From: a virus
Reading direction: 5' to 3' (one strand)
Virus record (IMG/VR): IMGVR_UViG_3300046777_001606
Span: 1-64,000 of that record
DNA length: 64,000 bases
How positions within the stretch are numbered: position 1 is the stretch's first letter; each line of letters opens with the position of its first letter. A program made the position numbers and the translations under genes. The notes under the pieces were generated by a model, which was given only the letters and a program-made list of their open reading frames with translations, was not told the origin of the DNA and searched no databases. Of this stretch, positions 9,270 through 18,640 are shown piece after piece.

Positions 9270-9305
9270 AGGGGGCTTGACGCCCCCTCTTTTTTGCCCT
9301 ATACT
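9270..9305 (+). promoter_or_regulatory. overlapping terminator / sigma70 promoter
   Basis: Hairpin AGGGGGC-TTGAC-GCCCCCT + T-run; TTGACG (9277)-17 bp-TATACT (9300). Confidence 0.8.
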
Positions 9306-9349
9306 ACCTGAGTAGTTGAAACCCGCCAAGTTAGGGCGGTATTCATTTA

Positions 9350-10375
9350 ATGGATTCTATTCTTGTAAATACTCTTCCTGGGCGTATTGCTTATGAAGAC
9401 TTGAAAAATGCTTCTGCAGAGGATTTTGTTTATGAATTTCGTGGTGGTGAGGGTGTAGTTCACGAAACCCGAAAGTTTATTGAATATTCCGACATTTATT
9501 GGGGAGAAACTGAAGATAACCCCGCTCGTGCTAAAGGATCTTCCAAGAAAAACATCAAGGGTCTTGCTAGTTCCCGAAAAGTTGGTATTGATGTTACTGC
9601 ACCTCTTCCTGCTGTAAGTTCTTGTATTATTACCGATTCTAGTGGTAAAGCCTATCGCTACAAGGCTGAGAACGGTATTACTCGCAAAAAAGCAGATTAC
9701 TATAATGACTATAAAGAAGGTGCTTGGTTTGATGTAGTTTCTTTTGTTCCTACTAAAGAACGTTCTGCAGAATATAACCGTGAGATTTGGCTGCAACTGG
9801 AAAACGATGGTCTTCCTCAAGAATCTCATACTATTGATGATTTGGTGTCCTCTTGCTCTCGTATGATTGCTCGTGGAGATCTTGCTAAGGAAGAAAGTGC
9901 AATTCGTAATTTTGTATATGAGGCTGCCCCTAACATGGCTACTCAAGAAAAAAACGAAGCTGTTCGCCAAGTTCTTAAGAATGAAGATGTTCCGACTGTA
10001 ACTATTGCCTGGCGTGATACTGAATGTCGTGAATGGCTTGAAGAAAAATGTCTTGATGAAGTTGAGATTGATTACTGTTTCCCCTTCCACTACTTCCAAG
10101 ATCGTATCTATCCAGTTCTTAAACAATATTATGAAACTGGAAAGATTCAAGAAGTTGCTCAACACTTCGAAAATACTGGAGATAACGATGAGATTGTTCT
10201 TGCTCGTCGGGAAAACTCCGAAAAGAAATGGGAAGAATGTAGAAAAGTAATGGAATCTGTTGCTAAGTACATGGTTCTGAACAACTGGGAGCTTCCTATC
10301 AGCAGAAGGTATGCTTTCCCCCAAATCAAAACGGGTGATAATAAAGAGGATCCGAACCGCCTGGTGGATCTCTGA
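9350..10375 (+). CDS. ParB/Srx-like N-terminal domain protein
   Basis: NPAR...PLPAV...ENGITRKKA resembles ParB box motifs (GxxR). Confidence 0.45.
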   Translation: MDSILVNTLPGRIAYEDLKNASAEDFVYEFRGGEGVVHETRKFIEYSDIYWGETEDNPARAKGSSKKNIKGLASSRKVGIDVTAPLPAVSSCIITDSSGKAYRYKAENGITRKKADYYNDYKEGAWFDVVSFVPTKERSAEYNREIWLQLENDGLPQESHTIDDLVSSCSRMIARGDLAKEESAIRNFVYEAAPNMATQEKNEAVRQVLKNEDVPTVTIAWRDTECREWLEEKCLDEVEIDYCFPFHYFQDRIYPVLKQYYETGKIQEVAQHFENTGDNDEIVLARRENSEKKWEECRKVMESVAKYMVLNNWELPISRRYAFPQIKTGDNKEDPNRLVDL

Positions 10376-10434
10376 TGGACAGTTAGATAACCGTCACAGG
10401 GGGGCTTCAGTCCCCCTGCTTTTTGCTGTATAAT
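10375..10434 (+). promoter_or_regulatory. early promoter cassette copy 3 with hairpin/T-run
   Basis: ATGGACAGTT-AGAT-AACCGTCACA; G-run/C-run hairpin; TATAAT at 10429. Confidence 0.85.
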
Positions 10435-10453
10435 ATCTGTATTGAAACGCCTG

Positions 10454-11686
10454 ATGATGATTCAACTCCGCCCCCACCAAGAACGCGCATTGCATCAACT
10501 GCAACTTCATACAAAAGGTCAGGTAATCATCCCCACTGGCGGCGGCAAGACTAACGTTGCTATTTTTGATGCGAAACTGCAATTTCACTGTGGATATTCT
10601 GAGAGAACCATTGTAGTCGTGGCGCCGCGCATCCTTCTGGCAGAGCAGTTGTCTAGTGAGTTTCTTGAGTTTATCACTAATGCTTCTGTTCTGCATGTTC
10701 ACAGTGGCGAGACTCATCACCAGAGCACGACTCGTCCTAATGAGATTCACAACTGGGTGAATCAAACTAAAGGTCATAAACTGATCTTCACCACCTACAA
10801 CTCCCTGCAGCGCCTGCAGCAGGCAGATATTCATGTCGATACCATTTACTTCGATGAAGCACACAATTCCGTTCAGCGTCACTTTTTCCCTGCTACGGAG
10901 CACTTCGCTGCTAATGCTGACCGCTGCTATTTCTTCACTGCTACTCCTAAGCATTCTGCTACTGTTTCCAAGCCTGGGATGAATAATGGTACAGTGTATG
11001 GTCAGGTGATTTGTAATGTTCCTGCTCCTGAACTTGTTGAGGGTGGTTTCATCGTTCCTCCTAAGGTTGTGGTGCAGCAGTTTGAGATGCTGGGTAAAGG
11101 TCAGATTGTCGCTGATGTTGACTGTGAGAATCTGATTCAGACCATTGATGCTCAGGATGTGAGCAAGGTTCTGATTTGCTCCAAGGCAACCAAACAAATT
11201 GTTTCTCTGGTTTCTCAGACTGACTTCTGCAAGCAACTGGAAGATCGTGGTTTCTCTTGGATGTATATCACTTCCAAGACTGGTGCTGTGATTGATGGTC
11301 AGAAAGTCAATCGTGAGGTGTTCTTCGACACTCTCTCTGCTTGGGGTAAAGATGACGATAAGAAGTTCGTTGTTCTTCATCACAGCATTCTGTCTGAAGG
11401 CATCAATGTGTCTGGTCTGGAGGCAGTTCTGTTTATGCGGTCTATGGATTACATTGGTATTTCTCAAACTATCGGTAGGGTGATTCGCCTGCACAAGAAC
11501 GATGCAGAGGGTCTCAGAAGCGGCAGGATCGCCCCTGGGCGCCTTGTAGACTACACTAAGTCCTTTGGGTTGGTTTGCATCCCTGTTTACTCTTCTGTGG
11601 GCATCAGCACCGCTAAGAAAGTGCAGGCAGTGGTTGATACTGTGTTTAACCAAGGTCAGCCCGCGATTAGTGTTGTGAAGCGTTGA
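10454..11686 (+). CDS. superfamily 2 DEAH helicase (ResIII-like)
   Basis: PTGGGKT Walker A, DEAH, TATP, LSEGINV, QTIGRVIR motifs. Confidence 0.9.
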   Translation: MMIQLRPHQERALHQLQLHTKGQVIIPTGGGKTNVAIFDAKLQFHCGYSERTIVVVAPRILLAEQLSSEFLEFITNASVLHVHSGETHHQSTTRPNEIHNWVNQTKGHKLIFTTYNSLQRLQQADIHVDTIYFDEAHNSVQRHFFPATEHFAANADRCYFFTATPKHSATVSKPGMNNGTVYGQVICNVPAPELVEGGFIVPPKVVVQQFEMLGKGQIVADVDCENLIQTIDAQDVSKVLICSKATKQIVSLVSQTDFCKQLEDRGFSWMYITSKTGAVIDGQKVNREVFFDTLSAWGKDDDKKFVVLHHSILSEGINVSGLEAVLFMRSMDYIGISQTIGRVIRLHKNDAEGLRSGRIAPGRLVDYTKSFGLVCIPVYSSVGISTAKKVQAVVDTVFNQGQPAISVVKR

Positions 11687-11725
11687 TTTTTCTGATATAA
11701 TACAAGAATATAGAGGAAATTTTCA

Positions 11726-11869
11726 ATGCGCTGCAAAGTTCAACTTTATGTTGCTGGTAAAGTGTTTGATGAACTGGTAGAAGCAAGAGATTATCAAGAA
11801 GCACGACAAGTAGCTCTTGCTCGTAACCCAAATGCTAAAGTTATTGGTGTAACCGCTGTATTCAAATGA
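11726..11869 (+). CDS. small conserved cyanophage protein (47 aa)
   Basis: Hand translation MRCKVQLYVAGKVFDELVEARDYQEARQVALARNPNAKVIGVTAVFK*; GAGG RBS. Confidence 0.7.
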   Translation: MRCKVQLYVAGKVFDELVEARDYQEARQVALARNPNAKVIGVTAVFK

Positions 11870-12093
11870 ACATTGAGAACTCTGGTATTCTAAATCCCAT
11901 TCCTGGATTTCCAAATGGTTATGTAACAAAGGATCAGATGTGGGCAGCAGTTCCATGGGGTAAAAAGTTTGTGATTATTCACAATGGACAGCAAGTTCAT
12001 ACTGCGAACAATTACAATACTGCGAAGACATATATTCAAAAACAAGTTAAAATGTCTAAGAAGAAGACAGCATCTCTGGAGAAATTTCTATGA
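11866..12093 (+). CDS. hypothetical cyanophage protein
   Basis: ATGA overlaps. Confidence 0.7.
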   Translation: MNIENSGILNPIPGFPNGYVTKDQMWAAVPWGKKFVIIHNGQQVHTANNYNTAKTYIQKQVKMSKKKTASLEKFL

Positions 12094-13067
12094 GCAAAGT
12101 TTCGATTCTGCATAAACCAGTTGAAGAATTGAATACCATTGACCAAACTTTTGATTTGGTCTATATGGATCCACCATTTGGATTGCAGCGAGACTTTACC
12201 ATGCAAGAAGAAGATGGTCAAGAAAAAGGATTTAGTGATACTTGGAAGTCATTCGATGATTATATTGATTGGTATGCTGAAGTCATCAATAATTGTTTTG
12301 CAAAACTGAATAAAGATGGTTGGCTTTATGCACACAATAATTTCATTGGAAATGCTTTAGTATTGTCTAAGGTTGATCCTAAAGTCCGCGATGCATTCTA
12401 TACCAACATTTCTTGGAAGAGGAGCGGTCCTAAGAATAATTTAAAGAATGGTTGGGGAAACATTGTAGACAGCATTCTTGTGTTGCAAAAGGGTAAACCA
12501 TACTTCGAAGTTGAGTATACTTCATTGGATCCAGTTTATGCTGAAAATAGCTTCAAGAATAAGGATGAAGTTGGTTACTATGCTCTCGCAAAGGTAACTG
12601 GTGAAAAGAGTCGTCCCTGTGCTCGATTTGAATACAAAGGATACAATCCTCAGTATGGGTTTCGTATAACAAAGGAAAAACTGGAATTTCTGGACGCTCA
12701 GGGTCTATTGCACTACGGCAACAACAATATCTACAAAAAAATCTATTCTCATGAGTCCAAGGGTGTTCCCGTACAAAATCTGTGGGATGATGTATACTTT
12801 ATCAGCAGAAGTGAGCAGAATAAGCGTAAATATCCCACACAAAAGCCCCTAAAACTGTTAGAACGTATCATAAAGTCGTCTTGTCCTGTCGATGGATGGG
12901 TGCTGGACCCCTTCTGTGGATCTGGAACCACTGCTATTTCTGCTTTTGGTTTGGGTCGGAATTGTATCACGATGGATGTGAACCCAGACGCAATCCGCAT
13001 CGCCCAGGAGACAGTTGATGAACTGGCACAGCAACAGTCAAATGCCCTGATAGATGCCCTATACTAA
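12090..13067 (+). CDS. DNA methyltransferase, N6-adenine/N4-cytosine, beta class
   Basis: Catalytic DPPF near N-terminus, YPTQKP, SAM-binding VLDPFCGSGTT near C-terminus. Confidence 0.92.
   Translation: MSKVSILHKPVEELNTIDQTFDLVYMDPPFGLQRDFTMQEEDGQEKGFSDTWKSFDDYIDWYAEVINNCFAKLNKDGWLYAHNNFIGNALVLSKVDPKVRDAFYTNISWKRSGPKNNLKNGWGNIVDSILVLQKGKPYFEVEYTSLDPVYAENSFKNKDEVGYYALAKVTGEKSRPCARFEYKGYNPQYGFRITKEKLEFLDAQGLLHYGNNNIYKKIYSHESKGVPVQNLWDDVYFISRSEQNKRKYPTQKPLKLLERIIKSSCPVDGWVLDPFCGSGTTAISAFGLGRNCITMDVNPDAIRIAQETVDELAQQQSNALIDALY
13007..13065 (+). promoter_or_regulatory. early promoter cassette copy 4 (inside MTase 3' end)
   Basis: GGAGACAGTT-GATG-AACTGGCACA; TATACT at 13060. Confidence 0.85.
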
Positions 13068-13090
13068 CAAGGTAATCAAGAAAACCACTG

Positions 13091-13507
13091 ATGGCTACCC
13101 GTTCTCGCATCGGTCTTGAACTTAAAGACGGTTCTGTGCTCTCTGTTTATCACCACTGGGACGGTTATCCTGAGTGGTTGGGTCGTATTCTGAAGACTCA
13201 TTACAATGGTAAGTCTCTTGCTGAAGAACTGATTGATGGTGGTGATATGTCTTGTGCTTGGACTGATGAGCGTTGGGATGATACTGGTGTGAAGGGTGTT
13301 TATGGTCCTCAATACTACTCTCAGCGTGGTGAAGATACTCCTCCTCGCCTTGATGTAGATCTTTTGGGTTATCTGCATCCTGATAAGAGTGAAGAGTACG
13401 CTTATCTCTTCCGCAATGGTGAATGGGTGTGCTATAATATGCATCAGTTTGATGCTAGCAAACTGCCTGAAATTGTTGAAATTCCTTCTGCTGCTCTTGC
13501 CGTTTGA
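13091..13507 (+). CDS. conserved phage protein (YHHWDGYP motif)
   Basis: MATRSRIG...SVYHHWDGYPEWLG...EEYAYLF. Confidence 0.8.
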   Translation: MATRSRIGLELKDGSVLSVYHHWDGYPEWLGRILKTHYNGKSLAEELIDGGDMSCAWTDERWDDTGVKGVYGPQYYSQRGEDTPPRLDVDLLGYLHPDKSEEYAYLFRNGEWVCYNMHQFDASKLPEIVEIPSAALAV

Positions 13508-13510
13508 TTT

Positions 13511-13900
13511 ATGAAAAAACTTGTATTGCTAATTACTTTTCTATTTGTTTCTCCTGCATTTGCACAGACAGCGCCAACTGTTGCTAAACCAAAAGTTTAT
13601 CGTCCATTTACCTATGAAACTCCTTGTGCTTTGGATGCAGGTCTGCAGGCTCAGTTTGATACATGTAAGGTGGTAGAAACCCGTGAGACTGGTGGAGCAC
13701 TGCGAACCCGTAACATTTACTCTAATCGGTTTGGTCTGACCATCAAATCCTGGTTTGATAAACAAAAAGGTTTTATGACTTGGGATAGTCATAATAAGTT
13801 TGCTTATAAGTGGGAGTACAAAGTTACTGGTGCTGGTGAGCAAGGTGCTTGGTCAATGGTGATGCCTGGCTTTCTACTTCAAAATGTATCTTGGGATTGA
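13511..13900 (+). CDS. hypothetical exported protein
   Basis: Signal peptide MKKLVLLITFLFVSPAFA. Confidence 0.7.
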   Translation: MKKLVLLITFLFVSPAFAQTAPTVAKPKVYRPFTYETPCALDAGLQAQFDTCKVVETRETGGALRTRNIYSNRFGLTIKSWFDKQKGFMTWDSHNKFAYKWEYKVTGAGEQGAWSMVMPGFLLQNVSWD

Positions 13901-13903
13901 ATC

Positions 13904-14128
13904 ATGAAAGAAATTGTTTTGTACCCTAGTTTTGTACTCACTGCAATTCTTGGTTTTATTACTGGTGGTGGTTTTTATTCGCAATCATCACATAACGACA
14001 CACTTAAAATGTGCAATCAAAAACCACTTGAATGTAAGTTCAAGTATGATATACTGATGTATAATGAAACTGGTAGGGTTCCTTACACTGCCGCATCTAA
14101 TACAACTAAACCTGTGGAGAAAAAATGA
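13904..14128 (+). CDS. hypothetical membrane-anchored protein
   Basis: N-terminal hydrophobic segment. Confidence 0.6.
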   Translation: MKEIVLYPSFVLTAILGFITGGGFYSQSSHNDTLKMCNQKPLECKFKYDILMYNETGRVPYTAASNTTKPVEKK

Positions 14129-14328
14129 CTGAAACACAAGTAAATTTAAATGTTCACGAAATTGGTGTGATTCTATCTGCATTGCAGGAACTCAACCTCC
14201 GTGAGGAAAATAGAATCGCACGGGAATTTGGAAGTGTTTCTGCACTGTATAATAAACTTTACAGTGTCTGGGAACGGATGGACACTTCGCAAACTGGCCT
14301 ACGCAACGACGTGGTGCCGTCCTTCTGA
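14125..14328 (+). CDS. hypothetical protein
   Basis: ATGA overlap. Confidence 0.7.
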   Translation: MTETQVNLNVHEIGVILSALQELNLREENRIAREFGSVSALYNKLYSVWERMDTSQTGLRNDVVPSF

Positions 14329-14336
14329 CCTATAAT
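14278..14336 (+). promoter_or_regulatory. early promoter cassette copy 5
   Basis: ATGGACACTT-CGCA-AACTGGCCTA; TATAAT at 14331. Confidence 0.8.
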
Positions 14337-14360
14337 TACAAGGTAATCAAGGGAACCGCA

Positions 14361-14741
14361 ATGGTCACCGACACTACCACCGACGCCCAACTGCGCCGCA
14401 CCATTCAGAAAAAAATTGAAAATGAAATGCCGCTGCAACTTCTGAAGCGCATTGTTTATGAGGTGCGCTGTGAAGAGATGGGCATTCGTCCTGATGGTTG
14501 GAAACTCTATCCCGATAAAACTGATACGATCGATCCCATTTTGATGTCCGATTTCTATCATTATGTTCTCTCATTTTATGGTGAGAATGGTATCTACAAC
14601 ATGGGAGCTACGTTGGACATGGTGATGGAAGCCACACGGAAATACATTAACTCTAGCGATGAGTTTTGTGGTGATAGTTTCGACCGTGAAGCAGTTCGTG
14701 ATATTTTGATTGATACCTATCAACTCAAGTTTCCAAACTGA
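14361..14741 (+). CDS. hypothetical protein
   Basis: Downstream of promoter. Confidence 0.75.
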   Translation: MVTDTTTDAQLRRTIQKKIENEMPLQLLKRIVYEVRCEEMGIRPDGWKLYPDKTDTIDPILMSDFYHYVLSFYGENGIYNMGATLDMVMEATRKYINSSDEFCGDSFDREAVRDILIDTYQLKFPN

Positions 14742-14902
14742 TGAAAAACTATCGCATCCAAGTCACCACCTTTGATGGACTTCGCACCGTCTGGTATGAG
14801 AAGTCCAAAGCAAAGAAAGCAACCGACATCATCTGCAAGCGTGTGTATGATCAACTCTGTGGTCTGAATATCAAAGAAATTGATGTGAGCCTTTCCGTAT
14901 GA
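14741..14902 (+). CDS. hypothetical protein (53 aa)
   Basis: Hand translation MKNYRIQVTTFDGLRTVWYEK...; TGATG overlap. Confidence 0.65.
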   Translation: MKNYRIQVTTFDGLRTVWYEKSKAKKATDIICKRVYDQLCGLNIKEIDVSLSV

Positions 14903-15075
14903 AACCCTATCCTCTTGGTTTAGACAATCCCTATGTGATTCGCGGTATTATTGGTACGTCACGTTGGGGATTGTATCACCGCGAAACCTATCAAAAAGTT
15001 GCTGAATTTTCCAATGAATTTTTAGCTTATGATGCTCGCCGTGCAATTCTAAAAATTCAGGGGTATGATGCATGA
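14899..15075 (+). CDS. hypothetical protein (58 aa)
   Basis: Hand translation MKPYPLGLDNPYVIRG...; ATGA overlap. Confidence 0.6.
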   Translation: MKPYPLGLDNPYVIRGIIGTSRWGLYHRETYQKVAEFSNEFLAYDARRAILKIQGYDA

Positions 15076-15254
15076 TGACGAAGAAAAACATTGCTTATCT
15101 TGTTCTTGTCGTTTTGAGTCTAATCGGTTATAATGCATGGTTGATTCAACGTGATGGTAAGATGTTTGATGCATACTATCGTCAGACTGCAAAAGAAAAC
15201 CTATGCAGTTCGTTGTCTCCTTCACACTTTCATCCTGATTGTAATGTAAAATGA
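15072..15254 (+). CDS. small membrane protein
   Basis: Hydrophobic N-terminus; ATGA overlap. Confidence 0.65.
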   Translation: MMTKKNIAYLVLVVLSLIGYNAWLIQRDGKMFDAYYRQTAKENLCSSLSPSHFHPDCNVK

Positions 15255-15409
15255 AGAGCACTATGATTCACAATCTCCTCTATGAGGAATCTGTTCTTTT
15301 ACAGAACATTATGTGGTATGTAAACAATCATACCGATTTCATCAGCACTCTTGATGTAGAAAATCAAGAGATTTTTGATGACTTGTATAATAAAATCATG
15401 CAATCCTAA
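15251..15409 (+). CDS. hypothetical protein (52 aa)
   Basis: Hand translation; ATGA overlap. Confidence 0.55.
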   Translation: MKSTMIHNLLYEESVLLQNIMWYVNNHTDFISTLDVENQEIFDDLYNKIMQS

Positions 15410-15413
15410 GACA

Positions 15414-15596
15414 ATGAACGACTCAGACATTTTAGAATTCATTTCTGCATTTGACGATTTCATGAAGCATTCTGAAGAACAAATTGATGCTTATCACAAG
15501 AGAGAAGAAGCGAAGAAATATACAGAGAAGTTTTATAAGAAAAAAGCTGCAAAACTTGGTGTGACTGTGGATTATTACATTTCGGAGTTTGTCTAA
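15414..15596 (+). CDS. hypothetical protein, C-terminal KAAxLxxxxDYYxxEFV motif
   Basis: ATG 15414 within ORF 15375..15596; motif shared with 19180..19320. Confidence 0.7.
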   Translation: MNDSDILEFISAFDDFMKHSEEQIDAYHKREEAKKYTEKFYKKKAAKLGVTVDYYISEFV

Positions 15597-15695
15597 TGTT
15601 TACTTCACTGACGATTGCTGCTGCATGGTTTGCCTTTGGTTATTCTGTGACTAGTTTGCTGTTGATGATTGCTAGAAACAATCGCAATCGAAACT

Positions 15696-15851
15696 ATGAT
15701 GAATGATAAAAGCAAATTGATTCTCGCATTGCAACAGATTAATAATCTTACATCTTTGTTGCATGAGAATGAATATGAAAAGTTCTTGTATTCTCATTTA
15801 ATTTCAATTGAGGTTGAATTAAAAAGACAATTGACAAATCTTACACGTTGA
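15696..15851 (+). CDS. hypothetical protein
   Basis: ATG within ORF 15669..15851. Confidence 0.65.
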   Translation: MMNDKSKLILALQQINNLTSLLHENEYEKFLYSHLISIEVELKRQLTNLTR

Positions 15852-15859
15852 TTTACAAT
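15831..15859 (+). promoter_or_regulatory. sigma70-type promoter
   Basis: TTGACA-17 bp-TACAAT. Confidence 0.75.
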
Positions 15860-15882
15860 TAAGGAGTCATTTACACATAACA

Positions 15883-16116
15883 ATGAAATTTCTTTATCTG
15901 GTTGATTATTGGGTTCCGTTTCCTTCTTCTGAATATGGTGGTGTTCTGAGCGTCATCGCAGAGAATGATAATGAATGTCATGATCTATTGTTGAATTGGC
16001 GTGATGAATACAACTCTGAGTATGATTCGCGCATTATGGAACGTGTCGTCAATGCTAATAGATATGCTCTTGCAAATGACGAAGAATCTGAAATTGTTGA
16101 CATTTTTACGACTTGA
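15883..16116 (+). CDS. conserved cyanophage hypothetical protein
   Basis: YWVPFPSSEYGG motif. Confidence 0.75.
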   Translation: MKFLYLVDYWVPFPSSEYGGVLSVIAENDNECHDLLLNWRDEYNSEYDSRIMERVVNANRYALANDEESEIVDIFTT

Positions 16117-16391
16117 TGGAATTTCCACACAAAGCTCCAAAAGGAATGTATTATGAGCAGACAGAGTTTAAACGCAATGTTGTTGCTATCTGGATTCATT
16201 ATCAGCGTCGGTTTGATTACAATCTTGGTGATCCCGTCCGTTGTATCTGGGGATTCTACAACACCAAAACAAGAACTTACTATTCCCCCATCAACTCCAA
16301 AAGTATTGGACAATCGGTGGACATAGAGAATACGACTCCGTATTCTGCAATGGTGCCGAAACAAACTCCACTTGAATCTGCATTTGTATGA
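16113..16391 (+). CDS. conserved cyanophage hypothetical protein
   Basis: IWGFY...SPINSK...TTPYSAM. Confidence 0.75.
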   Translation: MMEFPHKAPKGMYYEQTEFKRNVVAIWIHYQRRFDYNLGDPVRCIWGFYNTKTRTYYSPINSKSIGQSVDIENTTPYSAMVPKQTPLESAFV

Positions 16392-16651
16392 GTTACATTC
16401 CACAAGTCAATGATTATGTCCAATGGACAAAAGGTGTTGAAGGATGGGTGTATTTTAAGGATAAGGAGTACATTACGATTGAGCAATCCGTCAAACCCAA
16501 AGATTGTGAAAACTATCAAGCCTGTTGTCTTCACCGTAATGAACGTTTGTTGGTTTTGTGTTATAATAATCAATGGAATGAATTAACCTATATAAGGTCA
16601 AGAACATCAGTTTATGAAGAAGAAAAAAACAGTTTGGAGATTATGGGCTAA
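16388..16651 (+). CDS. hypothetical protein
   Basis: ATGA overlap. Confidence 0.7.
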   Translation: MSYIPQVNDYVQWTKGVEGWVYFKDKEYITIEQSVKPKDCENYQACCLHRNERLLVLCYNNQWNELTYIRSRTSVYEEEKNSLEIMG

Positions 16652-16823
16652 AGCACTTGGAGAAAAAGCCTCCAAATGTGATAGAGAATCCGATCGTATT
16701 GCAGTCATTCGATCTGTTATTTTCATTACCTATTTGATCACAAATCTGTTTATTGTTGCAGGAGTCATTCGCCATTGGAATAGTAATCAACCACAAATGA
16801 ATCATGAGTACAGAAGTTTATAA
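16614..16823 (+). CDS. small membrane protein (WRLWAKALGEK type)
   Basis: Single TM segment. Confidence 0.7.
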   Translation: MKKKKTVWRLWAKALGEKASKCDRESDRIAVIRSVIFITYLITNLFIVAGVIRHWNSNQPQMNHEYRSL

Positions 16824-17394
16824 TTTATTTCCATCCAGAGTTGTTTTTCATGATTGTGAATTGTTTGAGGACTATCAATCCAAGCTGATTGATTATTGCT
16901 ATGAACAACAACGTAAAGAAGACGATGATCGTTATACAATTAGAGGTAATGCATGGCAATATGTAGACTCTGATTTTCCCTTTTCGGATTTTTTGAATTT
17001 GAATATTCAGCAATCTCTGCAACACTATGGTTTTGATACGAATCAAATCACATCCATAAGTAGGAAGATGGTTGTTCTGAATATCGGATCTCCTCAAAGT
17101 TATCATATCGCACACACTCATGGTGAATGTACTCTTTCTGGAGTCTTATGGGTTAGCATACCTGAAAACTCTGGGAAATTCATCTTTCATAATGATCAAA
17201 CATATGAACAATGCGATTTGTTTAATTATCTCAGTGCTGATACCAAAGACTTAAACTTCATTGCCCCATCTTATCACTATCAACCAAAAGAAGGACGGAT
17301 GGTGATCTTTCCGCCTAATCTTAGACATTCTGTTGGATCAAATGAATCGACAAAAGATAGAATTAGTATCACATTCAATCTTAAAATCTCATGA
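16804..17394 (+). CDS. 2OG-Fe(II) oxygenase-like protein
   Basis: HTH...LSGVLW...IFPPNLRHSV...RISITFN. Confidence 0.85.
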   Translation: MSTEVYNLFPSRVVFHDCELFEDYQSKLIDYCYEQQRKEDDDRYTIRGNAWQYVDSDFPFSDFLNLNIQQSLQHYGFDTNQITSISRKMVVLNIGSPQSYHIAHTHGECTLSGVLWVSIPENSGKFIFHNDQTYEQCDLFNYLSADTKDLNFIAPSYHYQPKEGRMVIFPPNLRHSVGSNESTKDRISITFNLKIS

Positions 17395-17987
17395 ACCATT
17401 ATCTGTTTCCACAAACAATAGCTTCTCATGATTGTGATATGTTTCATGCATATGAACGACGATTGATTCGTTATTGTTATGAACTTCATCAATCTGATAC
17501 TGGTAAAGAATATACAGTACCAAGAAATGGATGGCAATCTCATAATTTAGATCTAAGAGAAGATTTTAATCAATTTCAATTTTTCTTAAATTGGAATGTT
17601 CGCAAGTGTATGGTCAAGTATGGATTTGATATGAGTCTAATACCTGATCATAAGTATGAGATTATTGTGATGAATCTTGGTTATCCTGGTAGTTATCATA
17701 ATTACCATGTTCATCCTGGTGCTCATCTTTCTGGTGTCTTATGGATTCATGTTCCTGAGAACTCTGGTAATATAACATTTAGAAATAAAGAGGCATTTTC
17801 TCAGGCTTGTATTATCAATCGTTTATCACTTAAGGAGATGGAAGATCATAATATTATGCTTGCTTATGATTATAAACCAAAACAAGGGCAAATGATTCTC
17901 TTTCCACCCAATCTTGGACATGATGTATCTACTAATGATTCTAACTTAGATCGTATTTCATTAGTGTTTAATATTCGTTTTGAATGA
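17391..17987 (+). CDS. 2OG-Fe(II) oxygenase-like protein, tandem paralogue
   Basis: HVHP...LSGVLW...LFPPNLGHDV...RISLVFN. Confidence 0.85.
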   Translation: MNHYLFPQTIASHDCDMFHAYERRLIRYCYELHQSDTGKEYTVPRNGWQSHNLDLREDFNQFQFFLNWNVRKCMVKYGFDMSLIPDHKYEIIVMNLGYPGSYHNYHVHPGAHLSGVLWIHVPENSGNITFRNKEAFSQACIINRLSLKEMEDHNIMLAYDYKPKQGQMILFPPNLGHDVSTNDSNLDRISLVFNIRFE

Positions 17988-18173
17988 TTTAATGATTAAT
18001 TTTATATTAAAAATGTATTAAAAAATATATGTGAGTGTTTTATCTCTGTTTATGTTTGTATGCTTATTAAGTCTTTATGCGTATACAAGCATAGAAGAAT
18101 AGAAGCATAAATGTGCTGGGGATGATGATTTAGAGTCTTATAAATGTGCTGGGTTCTTGTGATCTTAGCGTGC

Positions 18174-18202
18174 AAGCTACCATAAGACCGAAAAAAAGTC
18201 AA
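18174..18202 (-). promoter_or_regulatory. leftward sigma70-type promoter
   Basis: Minus strand TTGACT-17 bp-(TG)TAGCTT. Confidence 0.45.
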
Positions 18203-18250
18203 GCGCCCCGAAAAAATATCAGAATCCCCACACATAAAACTCAGAGGGAC

Positions 18251-18279
18251 TTGACGTTTTTGCACCGATGCCTTATAGT
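18251..18279 (+). promoter_or_regulatory. rightward sigma70-type promoter reading into repeat region
   Basis: TTGACG-17 bp-TATAGT. Confidence 0.65.
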
Positions 18280-18299
18280 ATATGAGTGGTGGGTCACCT

Positions 18300-18640
18300 A
18301 TAAGATCTCGTCGAGACTCTGCAACACTTCGAGATCTTATACTTTTCAACTAGATTCACATCACACATCTAGATCAACTAGATTCACATCATTCATCATA
18401 CAACTAGATTCAACTAGATTCTCATAATCACAACTAGACATCATCATATCATCATATAACACATCTAGATTCAACTAGATTCTCATAACTAGATTGCGCG
18501 TCATTATGAGCATTTCACAACTAGATGTGTACATTTCATCGAGATTCGCATATATACTCATAACATCATCTAGATACACATCGAGACCTTATGTGCCACT
18601 AGATCATGTGTCTATGAACACTTGACCGTGCATCTAGATT
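18300..18640. repeat. non-coding array of CA(A/T)CTAGAT(T) and TCGAGA repeats (candidate origin iterons)
   Basis: 13 CTAGA and 4 TCGAGA cores in ~340 bp; otherwise G-poor top strand. Confidence 0.85.

Noticed and set aside
9347-11653. Long minus-strand ORFs 9347..10324 and 10394..11653
   Set aside because: Antisense shadows of well-supported + strand genes, with no motifs, RBS or promoter.
18050-18427. ORFs 18146..18427 (+) and 18050..18349 (-)
   Set aside because: They cross promoter and repeat DNA, have atypical composition and no RBS; probably non-coding.
18300-18640. CRISPR array or mini-array interpretation of the CTAGA repeats
   Set aside because: Repeats are only about 10 bp, irregularly spaced, with low-complexity spacers; no cas genes.
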